Shown here piece after piece: positions 10,005 through 20,380 of a stretch of DNA of 64,000 nt (positions are counted from its first letter, which is position 1; each line of letters opens with the position of its first letter). The notes beneath the pieces are model-generated. The model saw only the letters and a list, made by a program, of their open reading frames with translations, ran no database searches and was not told the DNA's origin. Origin of the DNA: Pseudomonadota bacterium (GTDB lineage: Bacteria > Pseudomonadota > Gammaproteobacteria > Burkholderiales > Methylophilaceae); contig JBEANL010000002.1 of NCBI GenBank assembly GCA_041165405.1, forward strand, positions 25,996-89,995, given 5' to 3'. The translations under genes were made by a program, and so were the position numbers.

Positions 10005-10930
10005 ATTGCAAGACTCGCTAAAATTTTATCTGCACCTTGATCAAGAAGTTGCTTGGCGAGTTTTTCGCCAAGCTTTTCCGCGTCTTCAATGGAGCCTTCA
10101 ACCTTGTCTTTAATCATTTCTTTTCCATCAATAGAAGCTACAAAGCCTTGTAGTTTAAGTATTTTATTTTCAATAATGGCATGTGCGCCTAAAGGTACAT
10201 TGCAACTACCGCCTAAGGTTCGACTCATTGCTCTTTCAGCTAGCACACACTGAGCTGACTCAGGGTGATGAAGAGGCTTTAATAGCTCAACAAGATCAGA
10301 TCGCACTTTTAATATCTCAATAGCAAGAGCGCCTTGTCCTACCGCAGGAATTGAATTTTCCGGAGACATATATTGTCGGATACGCGTTTTTAATTTGAGT
10401 CGAATGAGCCCAGCTGCTGCTAATATAATTCCTTGATATTGTTTTTTATCGAGTTTTCTTAGGCGGGTTTGTAAATTACCTCGTAAAGGCTCAATAACAA
10501 GCTCAGGAAATCGACGTTGTAATTGACTTTGTCGGCGAAGACTTGAAGTGCCTACAACGCTTCCTGGGGGAAGCATCTCGAGCGCTCCAAAGTCATTAGA
10601 GATAAATGCATCCCTTGCATCTTCTCGCTTGCCAATCGCAGCAATCATAAATTCATCACTTAAATGCATGGGCAAATCTTTGAGTGAATGCACTGCAATA
10701 TCTGCGTCTTTATTTTGTAATGCGACTTCAAGTTCTTTAATGAAAAGACCTTTGCCACCAATTTTAGAGAGTGATTTATTAAGCGTTTTATCCCCTTGGG
10801 TGGTCATACCAAGAATACTCACTTCTAATCTTGGATATAAAGATAAAAGCTGCGACTTAATATATTCGGCTTGCCAAATCGCAAGCTCACTTTCGCGTGT
10901 CGCAATGGTTATGTGTTTAGGCTGGGTCAT
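10001..10930 (-). CDS. hemC: Hydroxymethylbilane synthase
   Basis: IATRESELA, GGKGLFIKELE, AVHSLKD, GTSSLRR. Confidence 0.98.
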   Translation of the reverse strand: MTQPKHITIATRESELAIWQAEYIKSQLLSLYPRLEVSILGMTTQGDKTLNKSLSKIGGKGLFIKELEVALQNKDADIAVHSLKDLPMHLSDEFMIAAIGKREDARDAFISNDFGALEMLPPGSVVGTSSLRRQSQLQRRFPELVIEPLRGNLQTRLRKLDKKQYQGIILAAAGLIRLKLKTRIRQYMSPENSIPAVGQGALAIEILKVRSDLVELLKPLHHPESAQCVLAERAMSRTLGGSCNVPLGAHAIIENKILKLQGFVASIDGKEMIKDKVEGSIEDAEKLGEKLAKQLLDQGADKILASLAI

Positions 10931-11019
10931 AGTTGAAATTAAAACGAATGAGCCATTTTATCATAAGCCAAGCCATTGAAAATTTAGAAAATCATAAGCT
11001 TTAGCATATACTTTCACTT

Positions 11020-12414
11020 ATGGCTAAAAAAGATACAAAAAAAGCGAATTGGTCGGGCAGATTTAATGAGCCTGTGACAGAACTCGTCAAAAGATTTACA
11101 GCATCGATTAGCTTTGACCAGAAATTAGGTCTTTACGATATTGAAGGCTCAATGGCTCACGCTGAAATGTTAGCTGAACAAAAAATTATCACCCAAAAAG
11201 ATTTAAAAGCGATTCAAGGAGGCTTACAAACTATTCAAAAAGAAATTTTGGCAGGGACCTTTAAATGGTCACTCGATTTAGAAGATGTGCATTTAAATAT
11301 TGAAAAAAGATTAACGGATAAAATTGGTGAGGCCGGTAAAAAATTACATACAGGCAGATCAAGAAATGATCAGGTCGCAACTGATTTGAGATTGTGGTTA
11401 AGAGCAATTACAGATGAAACGATTCACAAGATTAGAACACTTCAAATATCGGTTGTTCAATTGGCAGACAAACATCAAAAAACAATCATGCCTGGATTCA
11501 CTCATCTTCAGGTGGCGCAGCCTGTAACTTTTGGCCATCATTTGATGGCTTATTATGAAATGTTGCAAAGAGATCTTACAAGATTTGAAGATGCCAGAAA
11601 AAGAATGAATCAATTGCCATTGGGTGCTGCAGCGCTTGCGGGCACAAGTTACTCTATTGATAGAAACAAGGTGGCTAAAAAACTTAAATTTGATGGTGTA
11701 TGTGAAAATTCTATAGACGCAGTTTCAGATAGAGACTTTGCTATTGAATTTACTTTTGCAGCTTCTTTACTTATGACGCATTTATCAAGATTTTCAGAAG
11801 AACTCATTATGTGGTCGAGTCCGATGTTTGGATTTATAGAAATTGCTGATAGATTTTGTACCGGCTCATCCATCATGCCGCAAAAAAAGAATCCCGATGT
11901 ACCGGAATTAGTGAGAGGCAAAACAGGAAGAGTGACAGGTCATTTAATGGGCCTTCTTATGCTTATGAAAGCACAGCCCCTTGCTTACAATAAAGACAAT
12001 CAAGAAGATAAAGAACCTCTTTTTGATACCGCGAATACTATTTTAGATGTGCTAACTATTTATGCAGATATGCTAAAAGGTATCACCGTCAATGAAAAAA
12101 ATATGAAAGAAGCCACTTTACAAGGTTATGCCACTGCTACGGACTTAGCAGATTATCTTGTGATCAAAGGCGTCGCATTTAGAGATGCACATGAAATTGT
12201 TGCAAAAGCTGTGAATGCAGCGATTAAAAAGAAATGTGATTTATCAGAACTTAAAATAGATGAATTGAAAAAATTTAGTAAAATGATTTCAAGTGATGTG
12301 TATAAACATCTTACGCTTGAGGGTTCAATCAAGTCTAGAAATCACATAGGCGGTACGTCTTATGATCAAGTCAAAAAAGCGATTGAAAAAGCTAAAAAAA
12401 CTTTAAATAAATAA
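11020..12414 (+). CDS. argH: Argininosuccinate lyase
   Basis: [25 protein letters not shown]. Confidence 0.98.
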   Translation: MAKKDTKKANWSGRFNEPVTELVKRFTASISFDQKLGLYDIEGSMAHAEMLAEQKIITQKDLKAIQGGLQTIQKEILAGTFKWSLDLEDVHLNIEKRLTDKIGEAGKKLHTGRSRNDQVATDLRLWLRAITDETIHKIRTLQISVVQLADKHQKTIMPGFTHLQVAQPVTFGHHLMAYYEMLQRDLTRFEDARKRMNQLPLGAAALAGTSYSIDRNKVAKKLKFDGVCENSIDAVSDRDFAIEFTFAASLLMTHLSRFSEELIMWSSPMFGFIEIADRFCTGSSIMPQKKNPDVPELVRGKTGRVTGHLMGLLMLMKAQPLAYNKDNQEDKEPLFDTANTILDVLTIYADMLKGITVNEKNMKEATLQGYATATDLADYLVIKGVAFRDAHEIVAKAVNAAIKKKCDLSELKIDELKKFSKMISSDVYKHLTLEGSIKSRNHIGGTSYDQVKKAIEKAKKTLNK

Positions 12415-12429
12415 TTTATTTAAAAAAGT

Positions 12430-13818
12430 TTATTGAGTAGACCATCCCCCGCCTAAAGATTTAAATAGCTCCACACTCGCCATAAGTCTCAATTGCCTTT
12501 TTTGAATATACGCAATCGATGCGTCGTTGTAAACGCGCTGGGCATCAAGATATTCTAGGTAGCTTGAATAACCAGCTTTATAGCGATTCGATGAAATATC
12601 CATTGCTTTCTTGGCTGCATCTTGTGTGAGTTTTAAATCATTTTCCTGCTCTGTATATTCTTTTAAAGAAACGATCGCGTTATTCACTTCTTTAAAAGCA
12701 TTTTGTATAGAGGACTCGTAATAACTAAGCGCCTCTTTTTGTTTGGCTGTTGCTTGAGAAACTTTTGCTTGTGCTCTTCCTGAGTCAAAAATTGGTAGCG
12801 TTAATCCCAAACCGACCCCCCATATATTTGAACCAGTTTTATCAATATTTTTTAATTCAGCACTTTCTCTTCCGAAATTTGCTGTAAGAACAATATTTGG
12901 AAAAAGAGCTGCTTTAGCAACGCCAATATTTGCATTGGCTGCAATCATTATTTGTTCAGCTTCTTTAATATCTGGCCTCGCTTCTAAAAGTGATGAGGGC
13001 ATATTAGCCGGCGGTATGGGAGGTGTAACTAAAACATCTAATTTATTTTCTGGAATATTTAAATTCATATCGCCTGATAAAAGAATAAGCTGATTACCAA
13101 TGATTTCACGTTGACGAATAAGGTCACTAAGTTGCGCAGAAAGATTATTAAAAGCTGCTTCTGCTTGATGAAGATCGAGTGCTGATATAAGCCCGCTCTC
13201 CAAACGTTTTCTGGTTAATTCTAAATTTTCTTTGCGATATCCAACATTATCTTTTAAAGCTAGTATTTGTGAATCAATGCTTCGTAATAATAAGTAATTA
13301 CTTGCAAGCGTGCTTTGTAAACTTAACACTACAGTGTCTTTGGAATATTGAGATGCTATATATTCTGCGCGCGCTGATTCTTTTGCTCGACGTAATCTTC
13401 CCCAAAAATCTAGCTCAAATGATGTACCTAATTGAATATTGAAATTTTTACGAAAAGGCTTTACAAAGCTTGGAGGAATAATGCCAGTTTCAGTTGCTTT
13501 ACTGCGGTTTCCCTGAGACGTTAGATCTACAGAAGGTATTAGAGCGGCACCTACTTGTTTTAAATATGCATCAGCTTCCTCTAAGCGGGCAATAGCGGCA
13601 TTTATATCTACATTCTTATTTAATGCTTTATCCATGAGATCATCAAGTGCCGGGTCTTGATAAAGCTTCCACCAATGATTTAAATCTGTGACTATATTTT
13701 CCTTATTAACTTCTTGATGATAAGTATTAGGTAAATTAATTTCTGGGCGTTTATAGTCAGGCCCAACGAGAGTGCAACTTGTAATCAAAATCAGCGATAT
13801 TAAAAATATGATTTTCAT
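12430..13818 (-). CDS. RND efflux outer-membrane lipoprotein (NodT/OprM family)
   Basis: Lipobox ITSC, GPDYKRP, FELDFWGRLRR, RPDIKEAE, LGGGW. Confidence 0.94.
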   Translation of the reverse strand: MKIIFLISLILITSCTLVGPDYKRPEINLPNTYHQEVNKENIVTDLNHWWKLYQDPALDDLMDKALNKNVDINAAIARLEEADAYLKQVGAALIPSVDLTSQGNRSKATETGIIPPSFVKPFRKNFNIQLGTSFELDFWGRLRRAKESARAEYIASQYSKDTVVLSLQSTLASNYLLLRSIDSQILALKDNVGYRKENLELTRKRLESGLISALDLHQAEAAFNNLSAQLSDLIRQREIIGNQLILLSGDMNLNIPENKLDVLVTPPIPPANMPSSLLEARPDIKEAEQIMIAANANIGVAKAALFPNIVLTANFGRESAELKNIDKTGSNIWGVGLGLTLPIFDSGRAQAKVSQATAKQKEALSYYESSIQNAFKEVNNAIVSLKEYTEQENDLKLTQDAAKKAMDISSNRYKAGYSSYLEYLDAQRVYNDASIAYIQKRQLRLMASVELFKSLGGGWSTQ

Positions 13819-16800
13819 TGTTTATTTTTAAACTCTTCAGCAATTTTGATATAACTTCCAATACGATCTTTTTGATGTTTACTTAACCATACAAAAAATA
13901 GCGGAATAAAAATAGTCGCAATAAAAGTTGCCAAGATCATACCGCCGAAAACACCAGTTCCCATGGATTGTCGAGCGGCTGCACCCGCACCTGTAGCGAA
14001 GACAAGAGGCACAATACCAAAAACGAACGCCATGGATGTCATGATAATAGGTCTAAATCGAAGGCGAGCAGCTTCAATAGCTGCCTCCATGAGAGGCATT
14101 CCCTCCTCCATTTTTTGGCTTGCGAACTCTACAATTAAAATTGCATTTTTAGCAGTAAGACCAATTAAAGTAATTAAGCCGATCTGAAAATAAATATCAT
14201 TCGGCATGCCGCGAGCCATAATAGCAAGCAGAGCACCAGTGAGCGCAAATGGCACAGCCATAATCACTGCAAGGGGTAATACCCATGTTTCAAATTGTGC
14301 AGCTAAAATCAGGAATACCATAATAATGGCAAAACCAAATGCAAAGAGCGATGCAGAGCCCGTACGTTTTTCTTGGTAAGCCTGTCCAGTCCAAGCCATT
14401 TGATAACCATCAGGCAAGCTTTCTTTTGCAATTTTCTCAACGAGTTTAATTGCGTCACCTGAACTTACACCAGGAGCACCACCTGCTAAGACCTTAGCTG
14501 ATAGAAGCCCATTAAAACGTTCAAGTTGTTCTGCACCGACAATGCTATTCACAGTGCTAACTGCTGAAAGGGGAACCATAGCTCCAGTATTTGATCGCAC
14601 ATAAACTTTACCTAAATCATCAGGCTTCATTCGATAAGGCGCTTCTGCCTGAAGTTGCACACGATAAGTCCTGCCTGATTTATTAAAATCATTCACATAA
14701 AGTGAACCCATGGTACTTTGAAGCGTGTCATAAATACTTGAAATAGGAATACCTAAGCTCATAGCTTTGGCTTCATCTACTTCAATAAAGAGTTGCGGTA
14801 CGGTAGGCCTAAAAAAAGTATTGATACCTGTAAGACGCGGTTCTTTGTTAAGTGCCTCAATAAATAAATTCACTGCTGCAAATAAACGTAATGGATTTGT
14901 ATCGCTACGACTTTGAATATAAATTTCCATGCTGCCAGAATTACCTAAGCCACGAATGGACGGCGGATTAAACGCAATTGCAAGACCGTCGGGCTGCATC
15001 ATACCAATACCAAAAAGTTTTTTTACAATATCACTCGCAGAGCTTTTTCTTTCCGCCCAATCTTTTAACCTTACAAACATAGTGGCTGAATTTGATTTGT
15101 TACCACCACCAATAAGATCATAACCATTCACTGCAAATTGAAATGTACTGGCAGGATCTGAAGCTATTGCGGAACGAACAGCTTCGGTCGTTTTAGAAGT
15201 TCGACTAATCGTAGCACCATCAGGGAGCATCACTACTGTGATGACATAACCTTGATCTTCAGAAGGAATAAAGCTTGTGGGTGTAAATTTAAAAAGAAAA
15301 ACAGAACTAATCACAATACCAACAAAAACAATACCGCCAATAATACGATGACGAAGGGTGCTATTAACGACCTTAATGTAAAAATGAGTTAAACGATTAA
15401 AGCCATTATTAAAACGATCAAAAAATTTAGAATGAATATTATTTGGATTTAAAATCATTGCACATAATGCGGGCGTAAGTGTAAGTGCCACAATGCCTGA
15501 TATCACCACAGCAATGGCTACTGTCACTGCAAATTGACGATAAAGCTCTCCTGCGATACCACCCATAAATGCAACTGGCACAAAGACAGCACACAACACT
15601 AATACAATGGCAATCACTGCAGCAGCGACTTGTTCCATCGATTTAATAGCAGCTTTAATGGGTGAAAGTTTTTCTTCCGACATCAAGCGCTCAATATTTT
15701 CTAAAACGACAATGGCATCATCGACTACGATACCAATAGATAAGACCATAGCAAAAAGGGTCAGTGTATTTATTGAAAAACCAAAAAGATATAAACCTGC
15801 AAATGTGCCTATAAGAGATATTGGTACCGCAATAATAGGAATTAAAGTGGCACGCCAATTTTGTAAGAATAGAAATACCACAAGCACTACAAGAAGCATT
15901 GCTTCACCCAGCGTTTTGAAAACTTCTTTCATAGATGCTTTTACAAAGTTGCTTGTGTCGTAAGGAATTTCAAAATCCATACCCTTAGGAAAGCGCTCTT
16001 TGAGTTCTGCCATTTTTTCCTTAATACCTTTGGCTGTATCAAGAGCGTTAGCACCTGTTTGAAGGAAAATAGGAATGCCTACGCCGGGTTTACCATTCAA
16101 TGTTGTATTGATGTCATAGGTTTGAGCGCCCAACTCAATGCGTGCAATGTCTTTGAGATAAAGAATGCCATTAGGACCGCCAGCTCTTACGATAATATTT
16201 CCAAATTGGTTTGGATCTAACAACCGACCTTTTGCATTCACTGTATATATAAGCTGTTGATCAGTGACTGAGGGTTCTTGGCCAATTTTACCTGCTGCAT
16301 ATTGTGCATTTTGGCTTTGAATAGCAGCAGCAATATCACTAGTCGTAATTCCAAGTTGTGCCATGCGATCAGGTTTTAGCCAGATTCGCATAGAGTAATC
16401 GCGAGCACCAAAAATATTAGCATCACCAACCCCTTTAACGCGTTTGATCTCATCTAATACATTTAGCGTTGCATAGTTACTTAAATAAAGTGGGTCAAAT
16501 TGTTTGTCTTTTGATGTGAGCATAACCACCAAAAGAATGTCATTTGATTTTTTTTGCACAATCACACCTGTGCGCCTTACCATTTCTGGTAAGCGAGGAG
16601 AGGCAATATTGACACGATTACTTACATTAAAAGTAGCCTGATCAATATTGGTACCAATTTCAAAAGTCGCGGTGATATTAAGGGTGCCGCTAGAATCCGT
16701 GCTTGAATTAAAATAAAGAAGATCTTCAACGCCACTTAATTGTTCTTCAATAGGCCCTGCCACTGTTTTAGAAAGTGTTTCTGCGCTTGCACCAGGATAG

Positions 16801-16943
16801 TTAGCAGTAATAACGACTGTAGGAGGAGCAATTTGCGGATATTGTGCAATCGATAATTTAAAAGCAGCCGCAATACCGGCTAGCACAATAATGATTGAGA
16901 TTACCGCAGCAAAAATAGGCCGCGTAATAAAAAATTTACTCAT
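13815..16943 (-). CDS. RND efflux permease (HAE1, AcrB/MexB/MexF-like)
   Basis: FFITRPIFAAVIS, GIVVDDAIVV, AKNAILIVEF, RFRPIIMTS. Confidence 0.96.
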   Translation of the reverse strand: MSKFFITRPIFAAVISIIIVLAGIAAAFKLSIAQYPQIAPPTVVITANYPGASAETLSKTVAGPIEEQLSGVEDLLYFNSSTDSSGTLNITATFEIGTNIDQATFNVSNRVNIASPRLPEMVRRTGVIVQKKSNDILLVVMLTSKDKQFDPLYLSNYATLNVLDEIKRVKGVGDANIFGARDYSMRIWLKPDRMAQLGITTSDIAAAIQSQNAQYAAGKIGQEPSVTDQQLIYTVNAKGRLLDPNQFGNIIVRAGGPNGILYLKDIARIELGAQTYDINTTLNGKPGVGIPIFLQTGANALDTAKGIKEKMAELKERFPKGMDFEIPYDTSNFVKASMKEVFKTLGEAMLLVVLVVFLFLQNWRATLIPIIAVPISLIGTFAGLYLFGFSINTLTLFAMVLSIGIVVDDAIVVLENIERLMSEEKLSPIKAAIKSMEQVAAAVIAIVLVLCAVFVPVAFMGGIAGELYRQFAVTVAIAVVISGIVALTLTPALCAMILNPNNIHSKFFDRFNNGFNRLTHFYIKVVNSTLRHRIIGGIVFVGIVISSVFLFKFTPTSFIPSEDQGYVITVVMLPDGATISRTSKTTEAVRSAIASDPASTFQFAVNGYDLIGGGNKSNSATMFVRLKDWAERKSSASDIVKKLFGIGMMQPDGLAIAFNPPSIRGLGNSGSMEIYIQSRSDTNPLRLFAAVNLFIEALNKEPRLTGINTFFRPTVPQLFIEVDEAKAMSLGIPISSIYDTLQSTMGSLYVNDFNKSGRTYRVQLQAEAPYRMKPDDLGKVYVRSNTGAMVPLSAVSTVNSIVGAEQLERFNGLLSAKVLAGGAPGVSSGDAIKLVEKIAKESLPDGYQMAWTGQAYQEKRTGSASLFAFGFAIIMVFLILAAQFETWVLPLAVIMAVPFALTGALLAIMARGMPNDIYFQIGLITLIGLTAKNAILIVEFASQKMEEGMPLMEAAIEAARLRFRPIIMTSMAFVFGIVPLVFATGAGAAARQSMGTGVFGGMILATFIATIFIPLFFVWLSKHQKDRIGSYIKIAEEFKNKQ

Positions 16944-18082
16944 TATTTTTTGAAGTTAGGCATGTGAGTGACAGGCATGCCAGGACGCACTTTAATAAGA
17001 TTGTCGATAATGACTTTATCGCCAGCTTGAAGTCCACCTAAAATAACCCAATCTTTTCCTTTCCATTCACCCGTGATCACAGGGCGAGGCGTAGCTTGAT
17101 TTTTTTCATTGACGACAAATACAAACTTACCTTGATCGGAATTAAGAACAGCTAATTGAGGTAATACAAATACACCATCTTTTTTACCAGTAGTCACACG
17201 CACACGAACAAATTGTCCTGGCAAAATTTGACGTTCATTATTTTCAAATGTTGCACGAAGTTCTTGTGTACCAAGTGCTGGATTAATTTCACTTGCTGCA
17301 AAATTTATTTTTCCTTTTTTAGGGTACTCGTTTCCATCAGACAGGATAATAGAAACTTCTTCTACATTTTTTTCATTGAGTGCGCCACCTAGTTTTTTAA
17401 GTTCATTATCTGAAAAACTAAAACGAACCCAAATAGGATTTACCTGGGCAAGCGTAGTGAGCAAGCTTGTATTTGCAGCAATGAGCGCACCTTCAGAGAA
17501 TTGAAAACGACCTGAGATGCCATCTACGGGTGCTGAGACATTCGTATAAGAAAGATTTAGTTCGGCTTGTTTTAAATTTGCCCGACTTTGAGCAAGCGAT
17601 GCAACACTAATAGATTCATCAGATGTCGCATTATCAAATTCACGCTGACTGATAGATTGAGACTCGATTAAACTTTCTAAACGTTTTTTTTCACGCTTTG
17701 CTTGTTCAGCTCGAGCAAGATTTTGATTGTATTGTGCACGCGCTTGATTTAAGGCTATTTTGTAAGGTTCAGGATCAATTACGAATAATGTTTGACCAGC
17801 TTTTACTGCAGAACCTTCATTGTATTTTCGTTTTAATAAAATACCGCCAACACGAGGTCTAATTTCAACTTCTTTAGCCCCTTCTGTTTGACCTACAGCT
17901 TCAGCTGTAATAGGAATACTGGTAGGCGTCGCTTCAAGCATAGTCACGGGAAGAACGAAATTAGGAGGTAAGCCAGCAGCGTGATCTTGCGGTTTCTTAC
18001 AAGCACTTAAAGAAAGTAAAAAGAAACTAGCAAGTAAAATAATTCGAAATGATAAAAAATGCTGTTGCAAGTAAAGCCCCAA
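16943..18082 (-). CDS. RND efflux periplasmic adaptor (MFP) lipoprotein; start uncertain (TTG 18082 or TTG 18070)
   Basis: Lipobox LSAC, VEIRPRVGGIL, LSYTNVSAPVDG, LPGQFVRV. Confidence 0.92.
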   Translation of the reverse strand: MGLYLQQHFLSFRIILLASFFLLSLSACKKPQDHAAGLPPNFVLPVTMLEATPTSIPITAEAVGQTEGAKEVEIRPRVGGILLKRKYNEGSAVKAGQTLFVIDPEPYKIALNQARAQYNQNLARAEQAKREKKRLESLIESQSISQREFDNATSDESISVASLAQSRANLKQAELNLSYTNVSAPVDGISGRFQFSEGALIAANTSLLTTLAQVNPIWVRFSFSDNELKKLGGALNEKNVEEVSIILSDGNEYPKKGKINFAASEINPALGTQELRATFENNERQILPGQFVRVRVTTGKKDGVFVLPQLAVLNSDQGKFVFVVNEKNQATPRPVITGEWKGKDWVILGGLQAGDKVIIDNLIKVRPGMPVTHMPNFKK

Positions 18083-18187
18083 TCCTAGAAATAAGCCACT
18101 GAAACAAATGTTTCTTTTAAAGACTCATTTTACAATTAAATCAGAGGATTAAGATGGGTTTAAATGATTTAAATAGATATGAAACTT

Positions 18188-18892
18188 TTATGAAAATAAG
18201 TGCGCTAAACCAAAAGCAGCTGAAGATGCTAATGCGCCAATGATGAGTGTTTGCGCCGCTGAGCGCCCTTGATTCATACCTGTAAAACGACCTTTGATCC
18301 AACCAAAGAGAATCAATGCAATACTTGTTGCAATCACAGACATCTTTAGGGCTGGTCCAATATCAGATATAAAGATGTAAGGCATTAAAGGAATTAGCCC
18401 ACCAATAATGTAAGCTAATGAAATAGTCGTGGCACTGATCAAAGCTCTTTTCGGGTCAGGCCTTTCTAAATTTAATTCAAATTTCATCATAAATTTAAGC
18501 CAGCGTTCACGATTAGAAGTAATGGATTTAACAACACTTTTAAGCCTATTTCCTTTAAGCCCATATTCTGAGAGTATTTCCTCAACTTCCGAAATTTCAC
18601 GCTCACGTAAATGTTTAATTTCATAGGCTTCACGTTTCAACTCAGAGTCATAATGTTCAATATCTGTTTTACCAGCAAGATATCCACCAAGACCCATCGC
18701 AATAGCACCTGCAGCAACTTCTGCTAATCCAGCAGTCACAATAATTGCTGAAGAATCTACAGCGGCTGATAAGCCGGCAGCTAAGGCGAATGGTACTGTA
18801 AGTCCATCTGACATGCCAATGACAACATCCCTAACTATTTCAGTAGAAGTGAAGTGTGTTTCTGGGTGATGCGATTGATGATCGTTTGACAT
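18188..18892 (-). CDS. VIT1/CCC1 family Fe2+/Mn2+ transporter
   Basis: RDVVIGMSDGLTVPFALAAG, AGAIAMGLGGYLA, FMMKFEL, His-rich N-terminus. Confidence 0.92.
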   Translation of the reverse strand: MSNDHQSHHPETHFTSTEIVRDVVIGMSDGLTVPFALAAGLSAAVDSSAIIVTAGLAEVAAGAIAMGLGGYLAGKTDIEHYDSELKREAYEIKHLREREISEVEEILSEYGLKGNRLKSVVKSITSNRERWLKFMMKFELNLERPDPKRALISATTISLAYIIGGLIPLMPYIFISDIGPALKMSVIATSIALILFGWIKGRFTGMNQGRSAAQTLIIGALASSAAFGLAHLFS

Positions 18893-18987
18893 TCGCGTTT
18901 CTTTGAATTTTATTTTTATTTAAAATACTATATATTAGATCTGCAATTTAAACATTATCAAGCTATTTAAATAATAAGGGCTTAAAA

Positions 18988-19236
18988 ATGAAACAATGTA
19001 CTTACAATGTATTAGCTTTATTAGTTTTTGCTTTGTCTTTTTCTTATGTGCCTACAGCAGCATATGAATATCACTGCGTTTATGACGGCGTAACAACTTT
19101 CAATGTACCGATCTTCATATTTCAGCAAGTTTTTTTAGCGACTATTTTATTTATTATTGGTCGTTATAGTTTTAAAGATGGCAAGATGGTTTGTTGGATG
19201 TCATGCGGACATAAAAAAGACAAAAAGAAAAAATAA
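18988..19236 (+). CDS. Small hypothetical membrane protein, Cys-containing, basic C-terminus
   Basis: 82-aa ORF with AAGGG RBS, two hydrophobic segments; no family recognised. Confidence 0.65.
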   Translation: MKQCTYNVLALLVFALSFSYVPTAAYEYHCVYDGVTTFNVPIFIFQQVFLATILFIIGRYSFKDGKMVCWMSCGHKKDKKKK

Positions 19237-19377
19237 TTAATCGAATTTAGCTTTATATTTAGGCTGCCTTTTAAACTTTGTTTTGTCTTTTTCAACTTTA
19301 GGTTTAAAAGGTAAGTCAGCACGAAAAAGTGCGTAATGTGTTTGAGAACGTAATTTAAGTTTTCGAATTTGCTTCAT
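19237..19377 (-). CDS. Small basic protein, ArfA-like, 46 aa (not in ORF track)
   Basis: Hand translation MKQIRKLKLRSQTHYALFRADLPFKPKVEKDKTKFKRQPKYKAKFD; starts 6 nt after the marC stop. Confidence 0.65.
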   Translation of the reverse strand: MKQIRKLKLRSQTHYALFRADLPFKPKVEKDKTKFKRQPKYKAKFD

Positions 19378-19383
19378 AAAACA

Positions 19384-19998
19384 TTACGCAATAATATCTA
19401 ACACGCCACGAGTAATAAATTCGATTGCCATAGATCCTAAAAGTAATCCCATGACGCGCGTGATAATTTTTGTGCCAACCGCACCGATCACTTTAGAAAT
19501 ATTTTCTGCAAAACTTAATGTCAGCCATATTAAAAGTGATACTGCTAAACATGGCAAAATAAGAAAGCTTTGATTAATCAAATTTGGGGCCTGATGTGCA
19601 GCAATAATCATATTACTTATTGCTCCAGGCCCTGCCAATAGTGGAATGCTAAGCGGCACAAATGCAATTAATTCTTTTTCTGACTTATTATTTTGCGTAG
19701 ATTCCATAATTTGATTACGACCTAACATCATATAAATAGCCATAATCAAAAGCAGTACTCCGCCACAAATTTGAAAGCTTGGCATGCTGATGCCGAACAT
19801 ATTTAAAATTTTATCACCAAGAAAAAGTGAGACTACTAAGATGATGAAGACAGTTAAAGCTGTCATTTTTGCTACATTTTTTTTATTAATTTTCTTATGT
19901 TGGCTTGTTAAGCTTAAATAAATAGGTAAGCAACCTGGGGGATCAACAATTGCTATCATTGCAATGGTTGTTTTAATAATAAAAGTCCATTCAATCAT
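19384..19998 (-). CDS. MarC family integral membrane protein
   Basis: IVDPPG, FGISMPSFQICGG, VPLSIPLLAGPGAI, RVMGLLL. Confidence 0.93.
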   Translation of the reverse strand: MIEWTFIIKTTIAMIAIVDPPGCLPIYLSLTSQHKKINKKNVAKMTALTVFIILVVSLFLGDKILNMFGISMPSFQICGGVLLLIMAIYMMLGRNQIMESTQNNKSEKELIAFVPLSIPLLAGPGAISNMIIAAHQAPNLINQSFLILPCLAVSLLIWLTLSFAENISKVIGAVGTKIITRVMGLLLGSMAIEFITRGVLDIIA

Positions 19999-20067
19999 GA
20001 TGTTTTCCTTGTTTAAAAAATGGAATAAAACTTAATGCAGTATTATTAATAGTAATAACTATAATTT

Positions 20068-20274
20068 CTACTTAAATACAAATTCTAGAATGATTTTGGC
20101 AATATAACCCACAACACCCATCCAGAGTACACTTAAAAGCCAGATTGTCCCTTCTTTGCTTGCTTTACTTTATTTGGCAATACCATACACAATAAAAAAC
20201 ATAAATAAAATAAGTCCACCAATCATAAATGGAGTCCCGGCTTCAATTAAAGCTTCGATTTCATTAGAAGCCAT
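20068..20274 (-). pseudogene. DUF2788-like small membrane protein with in-frame TAA at codon 35
   Basis: MASNEIEALIEAGTPFMIGGLILFMFFIVYGIAK*SKASKEGTIWLLSVLWMGVVGYIAKIILEFVFK; stop at 20170-20172, family-like sequence continues in the same frame. Confidence 0.75.
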
Positions 20275-20293
20275 AATTTTTTACAAAAATGAT

Positions 20294-20307
20294 TTGAGAT
20301 AGATCAA
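20294..20307. promoter_or_regulatory. FNR box upstream of ccoI
   Basis: TTGAG-atag-ATCAA, 9/10 match to TTGAT-N4-ATCAA. Confidence 0.6.
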
Positions 20308-20380
20308 TGATAATTGATTTCTATTCATAAATTACGAATTCATTGATACCTTTAAAATAAAACAACTCTATAATTCAAAA

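Noticed and set aside
18083-18128. Out-of-frame ATG at 18128 suggesting a frameshifted longer MFP N-terminus
   Set aside because: It overlaps a TAAAAT -10-like element, is followed by a stop after three codons, and TTG starts already give a normal lipoprotein signal
18893-18987. Possible Fur box upstream of VIT1 (..aaacattatca)
   Set aside because: Only about 11 of 19 positions match in very AT-rich DNA
20170-20172. Recoding (selenocysteine or pyrrolysine) of the internal stop in the DUF2788-like gene
   Set aside because: The codon is TAA, not TGA or TAG, and the aligned residue is expected to be Lys/Glu
20303-20327. Fur-like aatgataattgatttc and second FNR-like ttgat-ttct-attca upstream of ccoI
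   Set aside because: Weak matches, not distinguishable from AT-rich background by eye
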